Assembly: GCF_009914755.1 (NCBI RefSeq) | Contig: NC_060929.1 | DNA length: 64,000 nt | Source of the DNA: the human T2T-CHM13v2.0 reference genome, Homo sapiens | Direction: 5' to 3' (one strand) | Shown here: piece by piece, positions 13,046 to 36,582 of the stretch | Numbering within the stretch: the stretch's first letter is position 1 | Layout of the letters: each line of letters begins with the position of its first letter | The notes under the pieces: generated by a model | Seen by the model: the letters and a program-made list of their open reading frames with translations, nothing else | What the model was told of the DNA's origin: nothing | Databases searched by the model: none | Translations under genes and position numbers: made by a program

Positions 13046-13165
13046 GTTGGCACTGACTATATCTCTGCTTGACTGTGAATAAAGTCAGCTGTGCAGTATT
13101 TATAGTCCATGTATAATAAATACATCTCTTAATCTCCTAATAAATTGGACCTTTAAACTACAGAT
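13046..13165 (+). terminator. NDUFS4: NDUFS4 3' UTR with three canonical polyadenylation signals
   Basis: AATAAA at 13078-13083, 13115-13120 and 13139-13144, followed by a GT/T-rich downstream element (ttttgtggtgtc, ~13169-13180). The cleavage site is estimated. Confidence 0.85.
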
Positions 13166-13934
13166 ACATTTTGTGGTGTCTATTTTAAATGTTTTTTGAT
13201 GTCTCAAATTGAGCATGTTTCAATTTCCTATATAGAGAGAAGATTTGAGGTGATCATACCTCTGGGAAATCTTGGTACTTTTAGAATCTATTAATTAACA
13301 GGAATGCTTGAAATCAACTGCAACATTGAAGTTTTATATTTGCTTTTTATAGCCATTCTCAAGTTAATATGGTTTATAAATCACCAGCCAACATTATTAA
13401 AATGTTGTCTTAGAAATGGTTTTATCATAGGTAGAGAAGTACACGATAACATTGCAGTCTTATAAACTTAAACCCCTATGTCGTCATTATTAAATTAATT
13501 TAATTACAACTTTATAATTTACGAAGGTACTTTGAGCCTGAATGAATTGCATTTCATAGTAATCTCTGCCCAGAAATCAACACTTCATGATTATGAGGAG
13601 TTCAGGTGAAGATTTCATGTTCTTAGGAATTAAGACTCAGAGAAAATAAAAATCAGTTCATTCACGGGGATTTGTAATATTCACTGTTTTTTTTTTTTTT
13701 TTAAATATAAGTAGATAGATAGATATATGCTTTTATTGTTAATCAATCAATCATTTAGGTCATACATTATGAGTTAAACACATGCTTTGTTTTTGGCTAT
13801 TCAAAGAAAAGAACACTTTGTATACTAACCCTCATAATAACCCTATTAGCAGGAACTATTATTTTACCCATTTTGCAAAGAAAAGACAAAAATCAAGGCT
13901 GAAAATGATTAAATAGCCTGCTCAAGATCACACA

Positions 13935-14256
13935 GGTCATGTGCTGTGGCTCATGCCTGTAATCCCAGCTATGCAGAAAACTGAGGTGGGAAAATCACTT
14001 GAAGCCAGGAGTTCGAGACCAGCATGAGCAACATAGCAAGACGCCATCTCTAAAAATAATTAATATAGAAATAAATATAATTTTTAAAATAAATAAATTA
14101 GCCTGGCATAGTGGCATTCGTGTGTAGTCAGCTACTTGGAAGGCTGAGGCAGGAGGATGTCTTCACCTCAGGAGGTCAAGGCTGTAGTGAGCTATCATCA
14201 TGCCACTGCACTCCAGCCTGAGCAACAGAGTAAGACCCTGTATCTTTAAAAAAAAA
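13935..14256 (+). mobile_element. AluJ-like element inserted into a MIR
   Basis: Both arms present with an expanded AT-rich linker. Degenerate TSD aagatcacaca / aaattacaca. MIR sequence on both sides. Confidence 0.85.
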
Positions 14257-14439
14257 TTACACAAGTTCTAAGTGCCAAATCTGGGACTTGAACTTATTTA
14301 TGTCTGTCTTCAAAATTCGTGCTCTATTTTTAGTTCTGAAAATAATTAAAAATAGCTAATGGAGTTGTTAATGTCAGATGATTTCTTAGGATTTTTAATG
14401 TTATTTGATGTTTCAAAGTTATAAACTAAATATACATTT

Positions 14440-14864
14440 TCTTACAACTGCATTTCTGAAAACAATAGCTCTCATTGACAGTTTTGGAGAGCATATTGGC
14501 AGCCTTTTTTCAAAATGTTAACTTCATATTCCATTTAATTTGAAAAATGCACTTACAGGCAAATAGCCTGTAGATATACAGAGGTAAATGTCCAAAGATG
14601 TTTATTGTAAAGTTGTTGCTAGTAGCTAAAATGTCGAAACAATCTAAACATCTATTAAAGGGGGAATAGAGTTCAAGAGTATGATACAGCTATTTAAAAC
14701 AACAAAAAAAGTATATTATTATTAGCTTTTTGGAATGAAGTTCAAGGTATATTGCTAAGTGAAAAACACCAAGAATAGTAGACAAAACATATGTGGGAGT
14801 GAAGTGAGGCAGCAGATGCTTACATATATGTACCTGGAATATTTTAGAGAAGATATATAAGAAC
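14440..14864 (+). mobile_element. Ancient L1ME-like 3' fragment, host of the L1PA composite (resumes at ~18146)
   Basis: ttttggagagcatattggcag, aagatgtttattgta, caatctaaacatctatta, tattgctaagtgaaaaa, ctggaa..gatatataagaa, continuing as ttaatggtgac after 18145. Confidence 0.55.
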
Positions 14865-15278
14865 TTTTTTTTTATGGTTTATATTCTTTTTATATATATA
14901 TATATACTTTAAGTTTTAGGGTACATGGTGCACAACGTGCAGGTTTGTTACATATGTATACATGTGCCATGTTGGTGTGCTGCACCCATTAACTAACTCG
15001 TCATTTAACATTAGGTATATCTCCTAATGCCATCCCTCGCCCCTCCCCCCACCCCATGACAGGCCCTGGTGTGTGATGTTCCCCTTCTTGTGTCCATGTG
15101 TTCTCATTGTTCAGTTCCCACCTATGAGTGAGAACATGTGGTGTTTGGTTTTTTGTCCTTGCGATAGTTTGCTGAGAATGATGATTTCCAACTTCATCCA
15201 TGTCCCTACAAAGGACATGAACTCATCATTTCTTTTGGCTGCATAGTATTCCATGGTGTATATGTGCCACATTTTCTT
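14865..15278 (-). mobile_element. L1PA 3' end (~400 bp) with degenerate poly(A) tail
   Basis: tatactttaagttttagggtacatg ... gtatatgtgccacattttctt; stops exactly where the next L1 tail begins. Confidence 0.92.
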
Positions 15279-18140
<2,862 letters not shown>

Positions 18141-18429
18141 TTCTTAATGGTGACTTTAATGGATGCCATTGGTTGTGGGAAAGGGGGAGGTCTTTTACAT
18201 TTATTTCAGCTTTTAATACACTGGTTAAATTATTACCGTACAGATGTAATATATATTTTTATAATTATATACATACACACACGAAGAAAACCCACTACAT
18301 TTCTTCATATGTTGCCCATCTTAAGCCTTACTTGACTAATACACATTTTAATAATTACTATTTTAGAATTTTATTTCAGATGAAAGGTAAACTTTTAAGA
18401 AAGAAACCTGTTAAGAAGTTACCCAGTTT

Positions 18430-19608
18430 TGCTGGACCCTTTCCTTACACCGTATACAAAAATTAACTCAAGATGGATCAAAGACTTAAATGTAAAACCC
18501 AGAACTATAAAAACCGTAGGCAATACCATTCAGGACACAGGCAGGGGCAAAGATTTCATGACAAAAATACCAAAAACAATTGCGACTAAAGCAAAAATTG
18601 ACAAATGGGATCTGATTAAACAGCTTCTGCACAGCAAAATAAACTATCATCGGAGTAAACAGACAACCTACAGAATGGGAGAAAAATTTTGCAATTTATC
18701 CATCTGACAAAGGACTAATATCCAGAGTCTACAAGGAACTTAAATTTATAAAGAAAACCCCCATTAAAAAGTGGCCAAAGGACATAACAGACACTTCTCA
18801 GAAGACACACATGCAGCCAACAAACATGAAAAAAAGATCAACATCACTGATCATTAGAGAAATGCAAATCGAAATCACAGTGAGATACTATTTTATGCCA
18901 GTCAGAATGGCTACTATTAAAAAGTCAAAAAACAACAGATGCTGGTAAGATTGTGGAGAAAAAGGAGTGCTTTCACACTCTTGGTAGGAGTTTACATTAG
19001 TTCAACCATTGTGGAAGACAAAGTAGTGATTCCTCAAAGACCTAGAGCAGAAATACCATTTGACCCAGAAATCTCATTACTGGGTATATACCCAAAGGAA
19101 TATAAATCATTTTATTATAAGGATACATGCCTATGTGTATTCATTGCAGCACTATTCACAATAGCAAAGACATGGAATCAACCTAAATGTCCGTCAGTGA
19201 TAGACTGGATAAAGAAAATGTACGTATACACCCTGGCATACTATGGAACCATAAAAAATAATGAGATCATGTCCTTTGCAGAGCCCTGGATGGAGTTGGA
19301 AGCCATTATCCTCAGCAAACTAACAAAGGAACAGAAAACCAAACACTGCATGTTCTCACTTATAAGTGGGAGCTGATTGATAGATGAGAACACATGGACA
19401 CATGGCAGGGAACAACACACACTGAGGCCTATTGGTGAGGGTGGGGGAAGGAGAGCATCAGAGAGAATAGCAAATGGATGCTGGGCATAATACCTAGGCA
19501 ATGGGATGATCTGCAGAAACCACCATGGCACACATGTACCTATGTAACAAACCTGCACATCCTGCACATGTACCCCTGAACTTAAAATAAAAGTTGAAGG
19601 AAAAAAAA
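18430..19608 (+). mobile_element. 5'-truncated L1PA8-10-like 3' fragment
   Basis: ORF2 C-terminal fragments (18429..18707, 18939..19376) and 3' UTR ending cttaaaataaaagttgaagg(A)n. Confidence 0.88.
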
Positions 19609-19670
19609 TCATCCCAAAGCCAAAAGTAAATACAATACTGTCTTCAAGTAGTGCTCTTAACATAACTTCC

Positions 19671-19800
19671 AGCCAGGCACAGTGGCTCACGCCTGTAATC
19701 CCAGCACTTCGGAAGGTTGAGGTGGCAGCATCTCTTGAGCCCAGGAATTCAAGATAAGCCTGGGCAACATAGTGGGACCCTCTCTACAAAGAAAAAGAAA
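19671..19800 (+). mobile_element. Alu left monomer / FLAM
   Basis: gccaggcacagtggctcacgcctgtaatcccagcac...ctctacaaagaaaaagaaa; single monomer. Confidence 0.85.
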
Positions 19801-19899
19801 TTGCTCAGTTTTGGAAAATCCACAAATACATGGAAATTAAACAACATGCTCCTGAACACCCAATGAATCAAAGAAATTAAGAGGGGGATTTCACCTTTC

Positions 19900-20205
19900 G
19901 CCAGACACGATGGCTCACACCTGTAATCCCAGCACTTTGGGAAGCCAAGGCAGGAGTATTGCTTGAGCCCGGGAGTTCAGGCCAGCCTGAGCGACATGGC
20001 AACAGGCCAATATGTTTGATACGGGCATACGTGCATCTCTACAAAAAATAAAATTAGCCAGGCCTGGTGGTGTGTGCCTATGGTTCCAGCTATTCAGGTG
20101 GCTGAGTTGGGAGGATTACTTGAGCCCAAGAGGTTGAGGCTGCAGTGAGCCATATTCATGTCACTGTACTCCAGCCTGGGTGACAGAGCAAGACCCTGTC
20201 TCAAA
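19900..20205 (+). mobile_element. AluJ-like element with a ~30-bp non-Alu insert
   Basis: Two arms with cttgagcccaagaggttgaggctgcagtgagc (J-type); foreign sequence at ~20003-20033. Confidence 0.85.
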
Positions 20206-22534
20206 TATATATATATACATTTTGTTTTCAAATGAAATTGGACATAAACATACCATGCAGCAAAAAGCAGTTCTAAGAGGGAAGGATATAGCAATAAATG
20301 CCTACATCAAAAAAGAAACATCTCAATTAATGACACCTCAGGAAAGTATAAAAAGAACAAATTAGACCCAAGGTTAGTAGAAGGAGGAAATAATAAAAAT
20401 CACAACAGAAATGAAGTAGATACTAGAAAAACAATAGAAAACAACAAAACCAAGAATTGGTTTTTTGAAAAGATAATGTTTATAAACCCTTAGCTAGACT
20501 AAGAAAAAAAGACTCAAAGGGGTGATACTACAACTGATACCACAGAAATACAAAGGATCATAAAAGACCACTATGAATAATTATAGACTAACAAATTGGA
20601 TAACCTAGAAGTAAATCAATTTCTAGACACATACAACATATCAAGGCTGTTAACAGTGAAAAAAAAAAAAAAAATAGAAAACGTCAACAAATCAATGAGT
20701 ACGAAAATTGAATCAGTAGTAAGTCTCCCGTCAAAGAAAATCCAAGTAACTGATGGCTTCACTACTGAGTTCTACTAAGCATTCAAAGAATTAATATAAA
20801 TCCTCAAACTCTTCCTGAAAACTGAATAGGAGGGAATACTTCCCAACTCATTTTACAAGGCCAGCATTACCCTGATATCAAAGCCAGTCAAAGACACTAT
20901 AAGAAAAGAAAATTACAGGCCAGTTTCCTTGATGAACACAGATGCAAAAATTCTCAACAAAGTACTTACAAAACAAATTCAATAACACATTTAAAGGATT
21001 ATAAATCATGATCAAGTGGGATTTATCACTGGGATGCAAGGATGGTTCAACATATGTAAATCTAAAAATGTGATATACCACAGTAACAGAATGAAGGACA
21101 AAAACCATATGATCATATCCACAGATGTCAAAAAACATTTGAGAAAGTTTAACACCTGTTCAAGATAAAGGCTCCCAACAAATCAGGTATAGAAAGAATG
21201 TACCTCAACATAATAAAGGCCATACATGAGAAGCCCACAGCTAACACATACTCAATAGGGAGAAGTTGAAAGCTTTTTTCCAGAGATCAGGAACAAGACA
21301 AGGATGTTCACCCTTGCCACTTCAATTCAACATAGTATTAGAAGTTGTAGCCAGATCAGTTAGGCCAGAGAAAAAGTATAACATCCAAATTGGAAAGGAA
21401 GAAGTTAAATTGTCCTTATTTTTTTTGCAGACTCACTCTCTCCACGCCCCCCACCCCCAATCTCTGTCTCTACACATGCACGCACACACATACAGTCATG
21501 TGTTGCTTAATAACACGGATATGTTCTGATAAATGGGTCGTCATTAGGCAATTTCATCTTTGAACATCATAGAGTGTGCTTACACAAACCTAGATAGTAG
21601 ATAGCCTACTACATACCTAGGCTATATGGTATAGCCTATTGCTCCTAGGCTACAAACCTGTACAGCATGTTACTATAAGAATAATACAGGAGGCAATTGT
21701 AATCCAATGGGAGGTATTTGTATATCTAAACATATCTACACATAGAAAAGATATAGTAAAAATATAGTATAAAAGATGAAACTTGGTATACCTATATAGG
21801 GCACTTAAGCATGAATGGAGCTTGTAGGACTGGAAGTTGTTCTGGGTGTCAATGAGCGGTGAATTGATTGTAAAGGCCTAGGACATTACTGTATACTACT
21901 GTATACTACTGTAAGCTTTATAAACAGTTGCACTTACACTAAATTTTTAGAAGATATTTTTCCTTCTTCAATAAACTTTTGTTTACTGAAATTTTAACTT
22001 TATAAACCTTAATTTTTTAAATGTTTTGACTCATAGCACTTAGCTGCAATCAGTTCATTGTACAATGCTACAAAAATATTTTCTTTCATATATTCTTGTG
22101 TCATAAGCTTTTATTTTTAAAATTTGTTATTTTTACTTTACTTTTTAAACTGTTAAAATCAAAGACACAGACACACAATTAACTTAGGCCTACACAGAGT
22201 CAGGATCATCAATCATCACTATCTTCCACCTCTACATTTTGTCCCTGGAAGGTCTTCAAGGGTAATAATAAATGGGCTGTCATTTCCTATTATGCCTTCT
22301 TCTGGAATACCTCCTGAAAGTAGGCTCCGTACTTGAGGCTGTTATACAGCTAACTTCTTTTTTAATAGGAGTACACACTAAAATAATAAAAATAGAGTAA
22401 ATACAAAATCCAGTAACATAGTTATCATTATCAAGTATTATGTACTGTCCATAATTATATGTGAGATATATATAATATATATGCTTATATATTATATGTA
22501 TTTATAAACATATATATTTATATATATAAAACCT

Positions 22535-22778
22535 CCTGAGGTCAGGAGTTTGAGACCAGCCTGGCCAACATGGTGAAACCCCATCTCTACTAGAAAAAAA
22601 TAAAAAAATTAGCTGGGCATGGTGGTGCATGCCTGTAATTCCAGCTACCTGAGGGGCTGAGGCAGGATAATTGCTTAAGCCAGGAAGGCAGAGGCTGCAG
22701 AGGCTGCAGTGAGCCAAGACTGTGCCATTGAACTCAAGCCTGCGCAACAGAGTGAGACTCCATCTCAAAAAAAAAAAA
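22535..22778 (+). mobile_element. 5'-truncated AluS copy, inverted duplicate of the 23104-23410 Alu
   Basis: Shares a private 9-nt duplication (gcagaggct x2) and other non-consensus variants with the minus-strand Alu. Confidence 0.92.
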
Positions 22779-23103
22779 TACATATATATATAATACATAA
22801 ATAATATATATTATATAGAAATATGCAATATATATTTATATATAAATATATATTTATATATAAATATTAAAAATATAAAATTTTATATATAAATTTATAA
22901 ATATATATTATATATTTGTATATATAATATATAGTATATATATTTTATATATACTATATATTATATATTTATATATTTTTATATTTACATATAAAATAAA
23001 TATAAATATGTTACATATTTATATATTATATATTTATAATATATAATATATAATTATATATAATTATAAATATATATAATATATATTTATATGTAATATA
23101 TAC
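22779..23103. repeat. AT-rich (TA)n-type spacer with a perfect central hairpin
   Basis: Almost pure A/T; 23-bp perfect stem 22920-22942 / 22946-22968 with a TTT loop. Confidence 0.9.
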
Positions 23104-23432
<329 letters not shown>

Positions 23433-25050
23433 TAGTAGCTCAGTAGGTTTGTTTATACCAGCATTAACACAAACATGTGGGTATTGTTTTGTATTATTAC
23501 AGCTACAGCATAACTAGGCAATAGGAATTTTTCAGCTCTGTTATAATCTTACAGGATCACTGTTGTGTATGTGGTTAATCATTGCCCCAAACATTATTAT
23601 GTGGCACATGACTGTGTTTGTGTACACATCCCTAAGACTTGACCAAAAATAGTTAAAACTAATAAATAGATTCAGTAAAGTTACAGAATTCAAAATCAAC
23701 AAAGAAAAACTGGTAGCATTTTTAACACTAACAATAAACTATTTGAAAAAGAAATCAGGAGAATAATCACATTTACAATAGCTATAAAAATTATAAAATA
23801 CAAGGAATAAATTTAATGGAGGAGACGAAAGTTCTGTAAACTGAAAACTATAAAACGTTGATAAATGACACTGAAGGTGACACAAATAAATGGAAAGATA
23901 TGCTGTGTTCATGGTTCAGAAAAATTTTACAAATTGCCTGAAAAGGAATTCAAAGTAATAATGTTAAGGAAACTTAGCAAGATACAGGAGGGTACAGATA
24001 AACATTCACAGAAATCTGGAAAATAATTCATGACCTGAATGAGGAATTTAACAAAGCGATAGATATCATTAAAAAGAACCAAATAGAACTTTTGGCATGG
24101 AAGAATTCAACTAATTAAATAAAAAATACAATTGAGAGCTTCAACAGCAGACTGGATCAAGCAGAAAGAATCTATACACTTGAAGACAGATCTTTTGAAA
24201 TAGTCAGAAGAGACAAAAGAAAAATGAGAAAGTGAAAACAGCCTAACAGATGTATATGATATTATTAAATGAACATCCACCATCCACATTATGGGAGTTT
24301 CAGAAGGAAAGGGAACAAAAAAAGGAGACAAAGTTTATTTAATAAAATAATTGCTGAAAACTTCCCAAATCTTTGCAAAGATCTGGACATTTAATTCCAT
24401 GAAGCTCAAAAGTCCCCAAAAAGACTGAACCCAAAGAAGTCCTCCCCAAGGCACATTATACTCAAACTGTCAAAGGTCAAAGAGAATTTTAAAAGCAGCA
24501 AGAGAATAGTATCAAATCACATATAAGGGAATCTCCATTAGGCTCTCAGTGGATTTCTCAGCCAAAACCTGTGGGTGAGGAGAGAATTGAATGATACATT
24601 CAAAGTGGTAAATTAAAAAGACAAACAGAAACCCTGCTAGCCAAGAATAGTATACCCAGCAAAGATGTCATTTAAAAATGAAGGATAAATAGTCTTTCAC
24701 AAACAAGAAAAAGCTGAGGGAATTCATTACCACTAGACCTGCCTTACAAAAAATGCTTAATGGAGTTCTTCAAGTGGAAATGAAAAGATAATTACTATCA
24801 GGAATACATACAAAAGTGTAAAGTTCACTAATATTGATAAATACATAGTCAAATCCAGAATACTCCAATACTATAATGGTGGTTTGTAAATCATACATAA
24901 CTTTAGTATGAAAGTCAAAATGGTCAAACATAACTAAAGTTAAAATAATTTCTCAAGGAACACACAATATAAAGAGATGTAACTTGTGACATCAAAAGAC
25001 CACAAGAGAGGAGGAAAGGAACAAAAGAGCTACAAAACAACCAGTAGCAG

Positions 25051-25408
25051 TGATATAGTTTAAATATATGCCCCTTCCAAGTCTCATGTTGAATTGTAAT
25101 TCCCAGTGTTGGAGGTGGGATGGCTTGGTGCTGTCCTGGCAGTAGTGAGTTCTCATGAGATCTGGTTCTTCTAAAGTGTGGCACCTCCTCTCCCCAACTG
25201 TCTCTCTTGCTTTCACCATATGAAATGCTCACTCCTGCTTCATCTGCCATGAGTAAAATCTCCCTACAGCCTCCTCAGAAGCTGAACAGATGCCAGCGCC
25301 ATGCTTCCTGTACAGCCTGCAGAACTGTGAGACAATTAAACCTCTTTTCTTTATAAATTACCTAGTGTCTAGTGTTTCTTTATGGCAATGCAAAAATGGA
25401 CTAATACA
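25051..25408. mobile_element. MST-type MaLR solo LTR
   Basis: tgatatagttt...tctcatgttgaattgtaattcccagtgttggaggtggg...aattaaacctcttttctttataaattacc...ggactaataca. Confidence 0.88.
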
Positions 25409-26730
25409 AATAGGAAGTTGTTACTTATCAATAATAACTGCGAATGTAAATGGATTAAATCCTCCAATCAAAAGATATAAAGTGGCTAAATGGATTAAAA
25501 CAAAAACAAGATCGAACTATATGCTCTCTACAAGAGACCCACATATGCTTTAGGGACACACGTAAGCTGAAAGTGAAAGGATAGAAGAAGGTATTCTGTG
25601 CAAATAGTAACCAAAAGAGAACGGGGGTGGCTATACTTATATGTGATAAAAATTGACTTCAGGTCAAAAACTGTCATGAGAAAAAGTCATTATTTAATGA
25701 TAAAGGGATCAGATAATCAAGTGGAAATAGCCATTATAAATATATATGCACCCAACACTGGAGCACCTAAGTACATAAAGCAAATATTAATGGACTTGAA
25801 GGGAGAAATAGGTAGCACACAATAATAGGAGGTTTCAATACCCCACTTTCCAAACAGAAAATTAATAAGGAAATACTGGATTTCAATTGTACTTTTGGCC
25901 AAATGGGCCTAACAGACATATACACAACTTTCCATCCAACAGCAGTAGAATGTGCATTTTCTTTCTCCAGTGCACATGGAACATTTGACAGGATAGAGCA
26001 TGTGTTAGGCCACAATGCAGTCTTAACAAATTTAAAATTAAAATCATGTCTAGTATTATTTCAGACCACAATGTTATGTAACTAAAAATAACAAGAGAAA
26101 TCTTGGAAACTTGACAAATAAGTGGATATTAAACAAGATGCTCCTGAGAAAGCAATGGGTAAAAAAAAATCAAAGCAAAAATTTTAAAGTATACTGAGAC
26201 AAACAATAATGGAAACACAACATACCAAAACCTATGGAATACAATAAAACCAGTTCTATGGCAATAAACATCTGCATTAAAATTTATAGCAATAAATGCC
26301 TGAATCAAAGAAGAGAGATCCCAAATAAATAGTCTTAACATTACACCTCAAGAAACCAGAAAAAGAATAACTAAACCCAAATTTAGCAGAAGGAAGAAAA
26401 TAATAAAAATCAGAACAGAAATAAGTCAAATAGAGAACAGAAAAGCCATAGAAAGAATAAAACAGTTTTTTGAAAAAGTTGAAAAACCCTTAGCTAGTCT
26501 AAGAAAATAAGAGAGGATGCACTTAAAATAAAAAATAACATTACAACAGATGCCTCAGAAAAAGGATCACAGGAAACTATTATGAACAATTATATGCCAA
26601 CAAATTGGATTACCTAGAAGAAATGGATAAATTCCTAGAAAAATACAACTTACTGAGATTGACACAGGAAGAAATAGAAAGCCTCAACAGACCAATAAAA
26701 AATTAAATTAAAATTTAATTAAAGGAGTCA

Positions 26731-27129
<399 letters not shown>

Positions 27130-29689
27130 CTAATGACAATACTTTTAAAACTCTTCCAATAAAAGGAGCAAGAGGAATACTTCCAAACCCTTTTATTGAC
27201 ATACATGAAATCAATATGATACATCGCATTAACAGAATGGAAGATAAAAATCCACATGATCATCTTTAATTGATTCAGAAAAAGCATTCTACAAAACCAA
27301 TATTCATTCTTGATAAAAAGTCTTAGTTTAGGTATAGAAGTTGCTCAACGTAATAAAGATTATTTATGAAAAACCCATCATTAGCATAATCAATGGGGGA
27401 AAGTTGAAAGCTTATCAACTAAGATCTAGTATAAGGCAAAGATGCCACTCTTGCCACTTCTATTTAACATAGTACTGGAAGTACTGGGAAGAGCAATCAG
27501 ACAAGAGAAATAAAAAAAAGACATCCAAATCAGAAAGATATAAGATCTGTATTGGCAGGTGACATAATCCTACATATAATCAACCTCAAAGATTCCATAT
27601 TCACATACAGAATAACTGTTAGAACTAGTAAATGAATCCAAAGAAGTTGCAGGATGCAAAATCAAGATACAAAAATAAGTAGCATTTTTATACACAAATA
27701 GTGACGTAACTGAAAAAGAAATCAAGAAAATCTGTAACATCAAAGAAATTAAAATACCTAGGAAGAAATTTAACCAAGGAGGTAAAAGAATGATCTGTAC
27801 ACCGAAAACTACAAAACATGCTGAGAGAGACTGAAGAAGACACAAAAAAATGGAAAGATGTCCTGTACGCATGGATCAGAGAATTAATATTGTGAAAATG
27901 TCCAGACTACTCAAAACAATATACCGTCTCAATGTAATTCCTATCAAAATTTCAATGGCATTCTTCGTGGAAATAGAGCAATCCTAAAATTGGTATAGAA
28001 TCATAAAAAATCCTGAATAACCAAAGCAATTCTGAGCAAGAAAACAAAGTTGAAAGCATCACACTTTCTGATTTAAAATTATATCACAAAATTACAGTAA
28101 TCAAAAGTGTATGATACTGACATAAAAACAGACACATAGACCAGCATAACAGAATGGAGAGCCCAGAAATAAATCCAAACATAATATGGTCGAATTTTTG
28201 ATATGGGCACCAAGAGGACACAAAAGGGGAAGGAGAGTCTCTTCAACAAATTGTGCTGGGAAAATTTAGACTTCCACATGCAAAATAATGAAATTGGATC
28301 TTTATTTTACACCATACAGAAAATTCAACTCAAAATGGATAATGGACCTAAAAATAAGACCAGAAACTACAAAACCCTTAGAACAGAACATAGGGGGAAT
28401 GCTCCTGGACATTAGCTTTGGCAATAATTTTTTGGATATCACACCAAAAGCTGAGGTCATAACAAGCAAAAATAAATAAACAGGACTACAAAAAACTAAA
28501 AAGCCTGTGCATCACAAAGGAAACAATCAACAAAATGAAACAGCAGCCTACAAATTGGGAAAAAATCTTGAAAACCGTGTGTCTGATAAGTGGTTAATGT
28601 CCAGAATTTATAAAGAGCTGATACAGCTCAAGAGTGGAAAAACAAATAACTCAATTTAGAAACTGGCAAAACACCTGAATAGACATTTCTCTAAAGAATA
28701 CATTAAAATGCCCAACAGGTATATGAAAAGTTTCTCAACATCATTAAAAATTAGGGAAATGAAAATCAAAACCACTATAAGATCCCACCTCATACCCATT
28801 AGGATGGCTATTATCAAAAAGTCAAAAGATAACAAATGCTGGCAAGGGCATGAAGAACAGGGAATTCTTGTACACAGTTGGTGAGGATACAGATTGATAC
28901 AGACATTATGGAAAACAGTATGGAGGTTTCTAAAGAAACTAAAAATAGAACGACCATATAACACAACAATCCCTCTTCAGGGACTATACCCAAAGGAAGT
29001 GAAATCGTCACCTCATAAAGATATCAGCACTCCCATGTGCAATATTATTCACCATAGCCAAGATATAGAAACAATCTAAGTGTCCACTGAATATTGAATG
29101 AACAAAGAAACTGTCATACATACATACAACAGATTATTATTCACCCCTAAAAAACGCCAAGATTTTGCCACTTGCCACAACATGGATGAGCCTGGGAGCA
29201 TATTGCTAAGTGAGGTAAGACACAAAAAGAAAAATATTGTAAGATCTCACATATATGTGGAATCTGGAATATACAATAGTAACAAAACAGTCGTTACCAG
29301 GGGCAGGGGATTTGGGGAGGAAATTGAGAGATGTTGGTCAGAGGAAAGAAAGTATCAGATATGCAGGATGAAGTAGTCTAGAGACCTAATGTACAACATG
29401 AGAACTACAGGTAACAAATTATAGGTAATAAAGTTGTACTGTGTATGGAATTAATGCTAAATGACATTTTAAGCTGTTCTTGCCACAAAAACAAACCCCA
29501 AATAGTGAGGTGAAAGATATAATTCACTTCCATATAGTAACCTTTTTATTATCTACATGCATCCTATAACATCATGCTACATACCTTAAATATAATCAGT
29601 TTTTATTTAGAGGTCAACTATTGCTTCCATATCATTTTCTGTGTTTTTTCATCATAAAGTTAATTTTTTTAATGCAATAAAAATTAAAT

Positions 29690-30010
29690 GTTGAATTCAT
29701 AGAGGCCGAGTACAATGCTGGTTACCAGGGGCTAGTGAAATATTGGTCAAAGGATACAAAATTTCACTTAGCTAGGAGAATTAAGTTGAAGAGATCTATT
29801 GTACAACATGGTGACTATAGTTAATAACAATGTATTACTTTGTTGAAAATTGCTAAGAGTATATTTTAAGTGTTCTCACCATGAAAAAGAGATGAATATG
29901 TGAGGTAATGTATATGTAAATTAGCTTGCTACAGCCATTCCCCAATGTATACATATTTTAAAACATCCTGTTTTACACAATATATACAATTTTAATTAGT
30001 AAATTTAAAT
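29690..30010 (+). mobile_element. L1MA4-like 3' end
   Basis: ttggtcaaaggatacaaaatttca..agagatctattgtacaacatggtgactatagttaataacaatgtatt..tgtgaggtaatg. Confidence 0.75.
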
Positions 30011-36146
<6,136 letters not shown>

Positions 36147-36174
36147 TAAAAATATCTTAAAAGCTAAATAAAAA

Positions 36175-36388
36175 GGTTAAATGCAGTAATGAAGTTGGGG
36201 CCCTAATCTGATAGGACATTGGCTTTATAAGAGGAGGAGGAGAGATCATTCTTTCTATTCACCATGTGAGGACATAACTTTCTGTAAGCTTGGAGGACAG
36301 CACTGATTAGAACCTAAATCAGTTGGCACCTTGATATTGGCCTTCCCAGCCTCTAAATCTGTGAGCAATAAATTTGTGTTGTTTTAGT
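36175..36388. mobile_element. MLT1A-like MaLR LTR fragment
   Basis: ggggccctaatctgatagga..ttataagagga..ccatgtgaggaca..ggcaccttgatattggccttcccagcctct..aataaatttgtgttgttt. Confidence 0.75.
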
Positions 36389-36582
36389 AAAAAAAAAGTA
36401 GTCATTCCACAAATATTTCAAAGAGAATGAGTTTAAATTTCAATAACAACCTGCTTATAGTAGCATACAACCAAGAAGTAGAAGTAATCCAGCCCTTTCA
36501 AACTATTCTTACAGAACTAACAGAACAATTTGTTTGGTGCTTGGTGTATACTGCTTTGTATTGTTAATTATATTTAGAATTA

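Noticed and set aside
18369-18392. Micro-exon-like ttttatttcag|ATGAAAG|gtaaac
   Set aside because: Only 7 nt, downstream of the NDUFS4 poly(A) signals, and frame-disrupting; expected by chance in AT-rich DNA.
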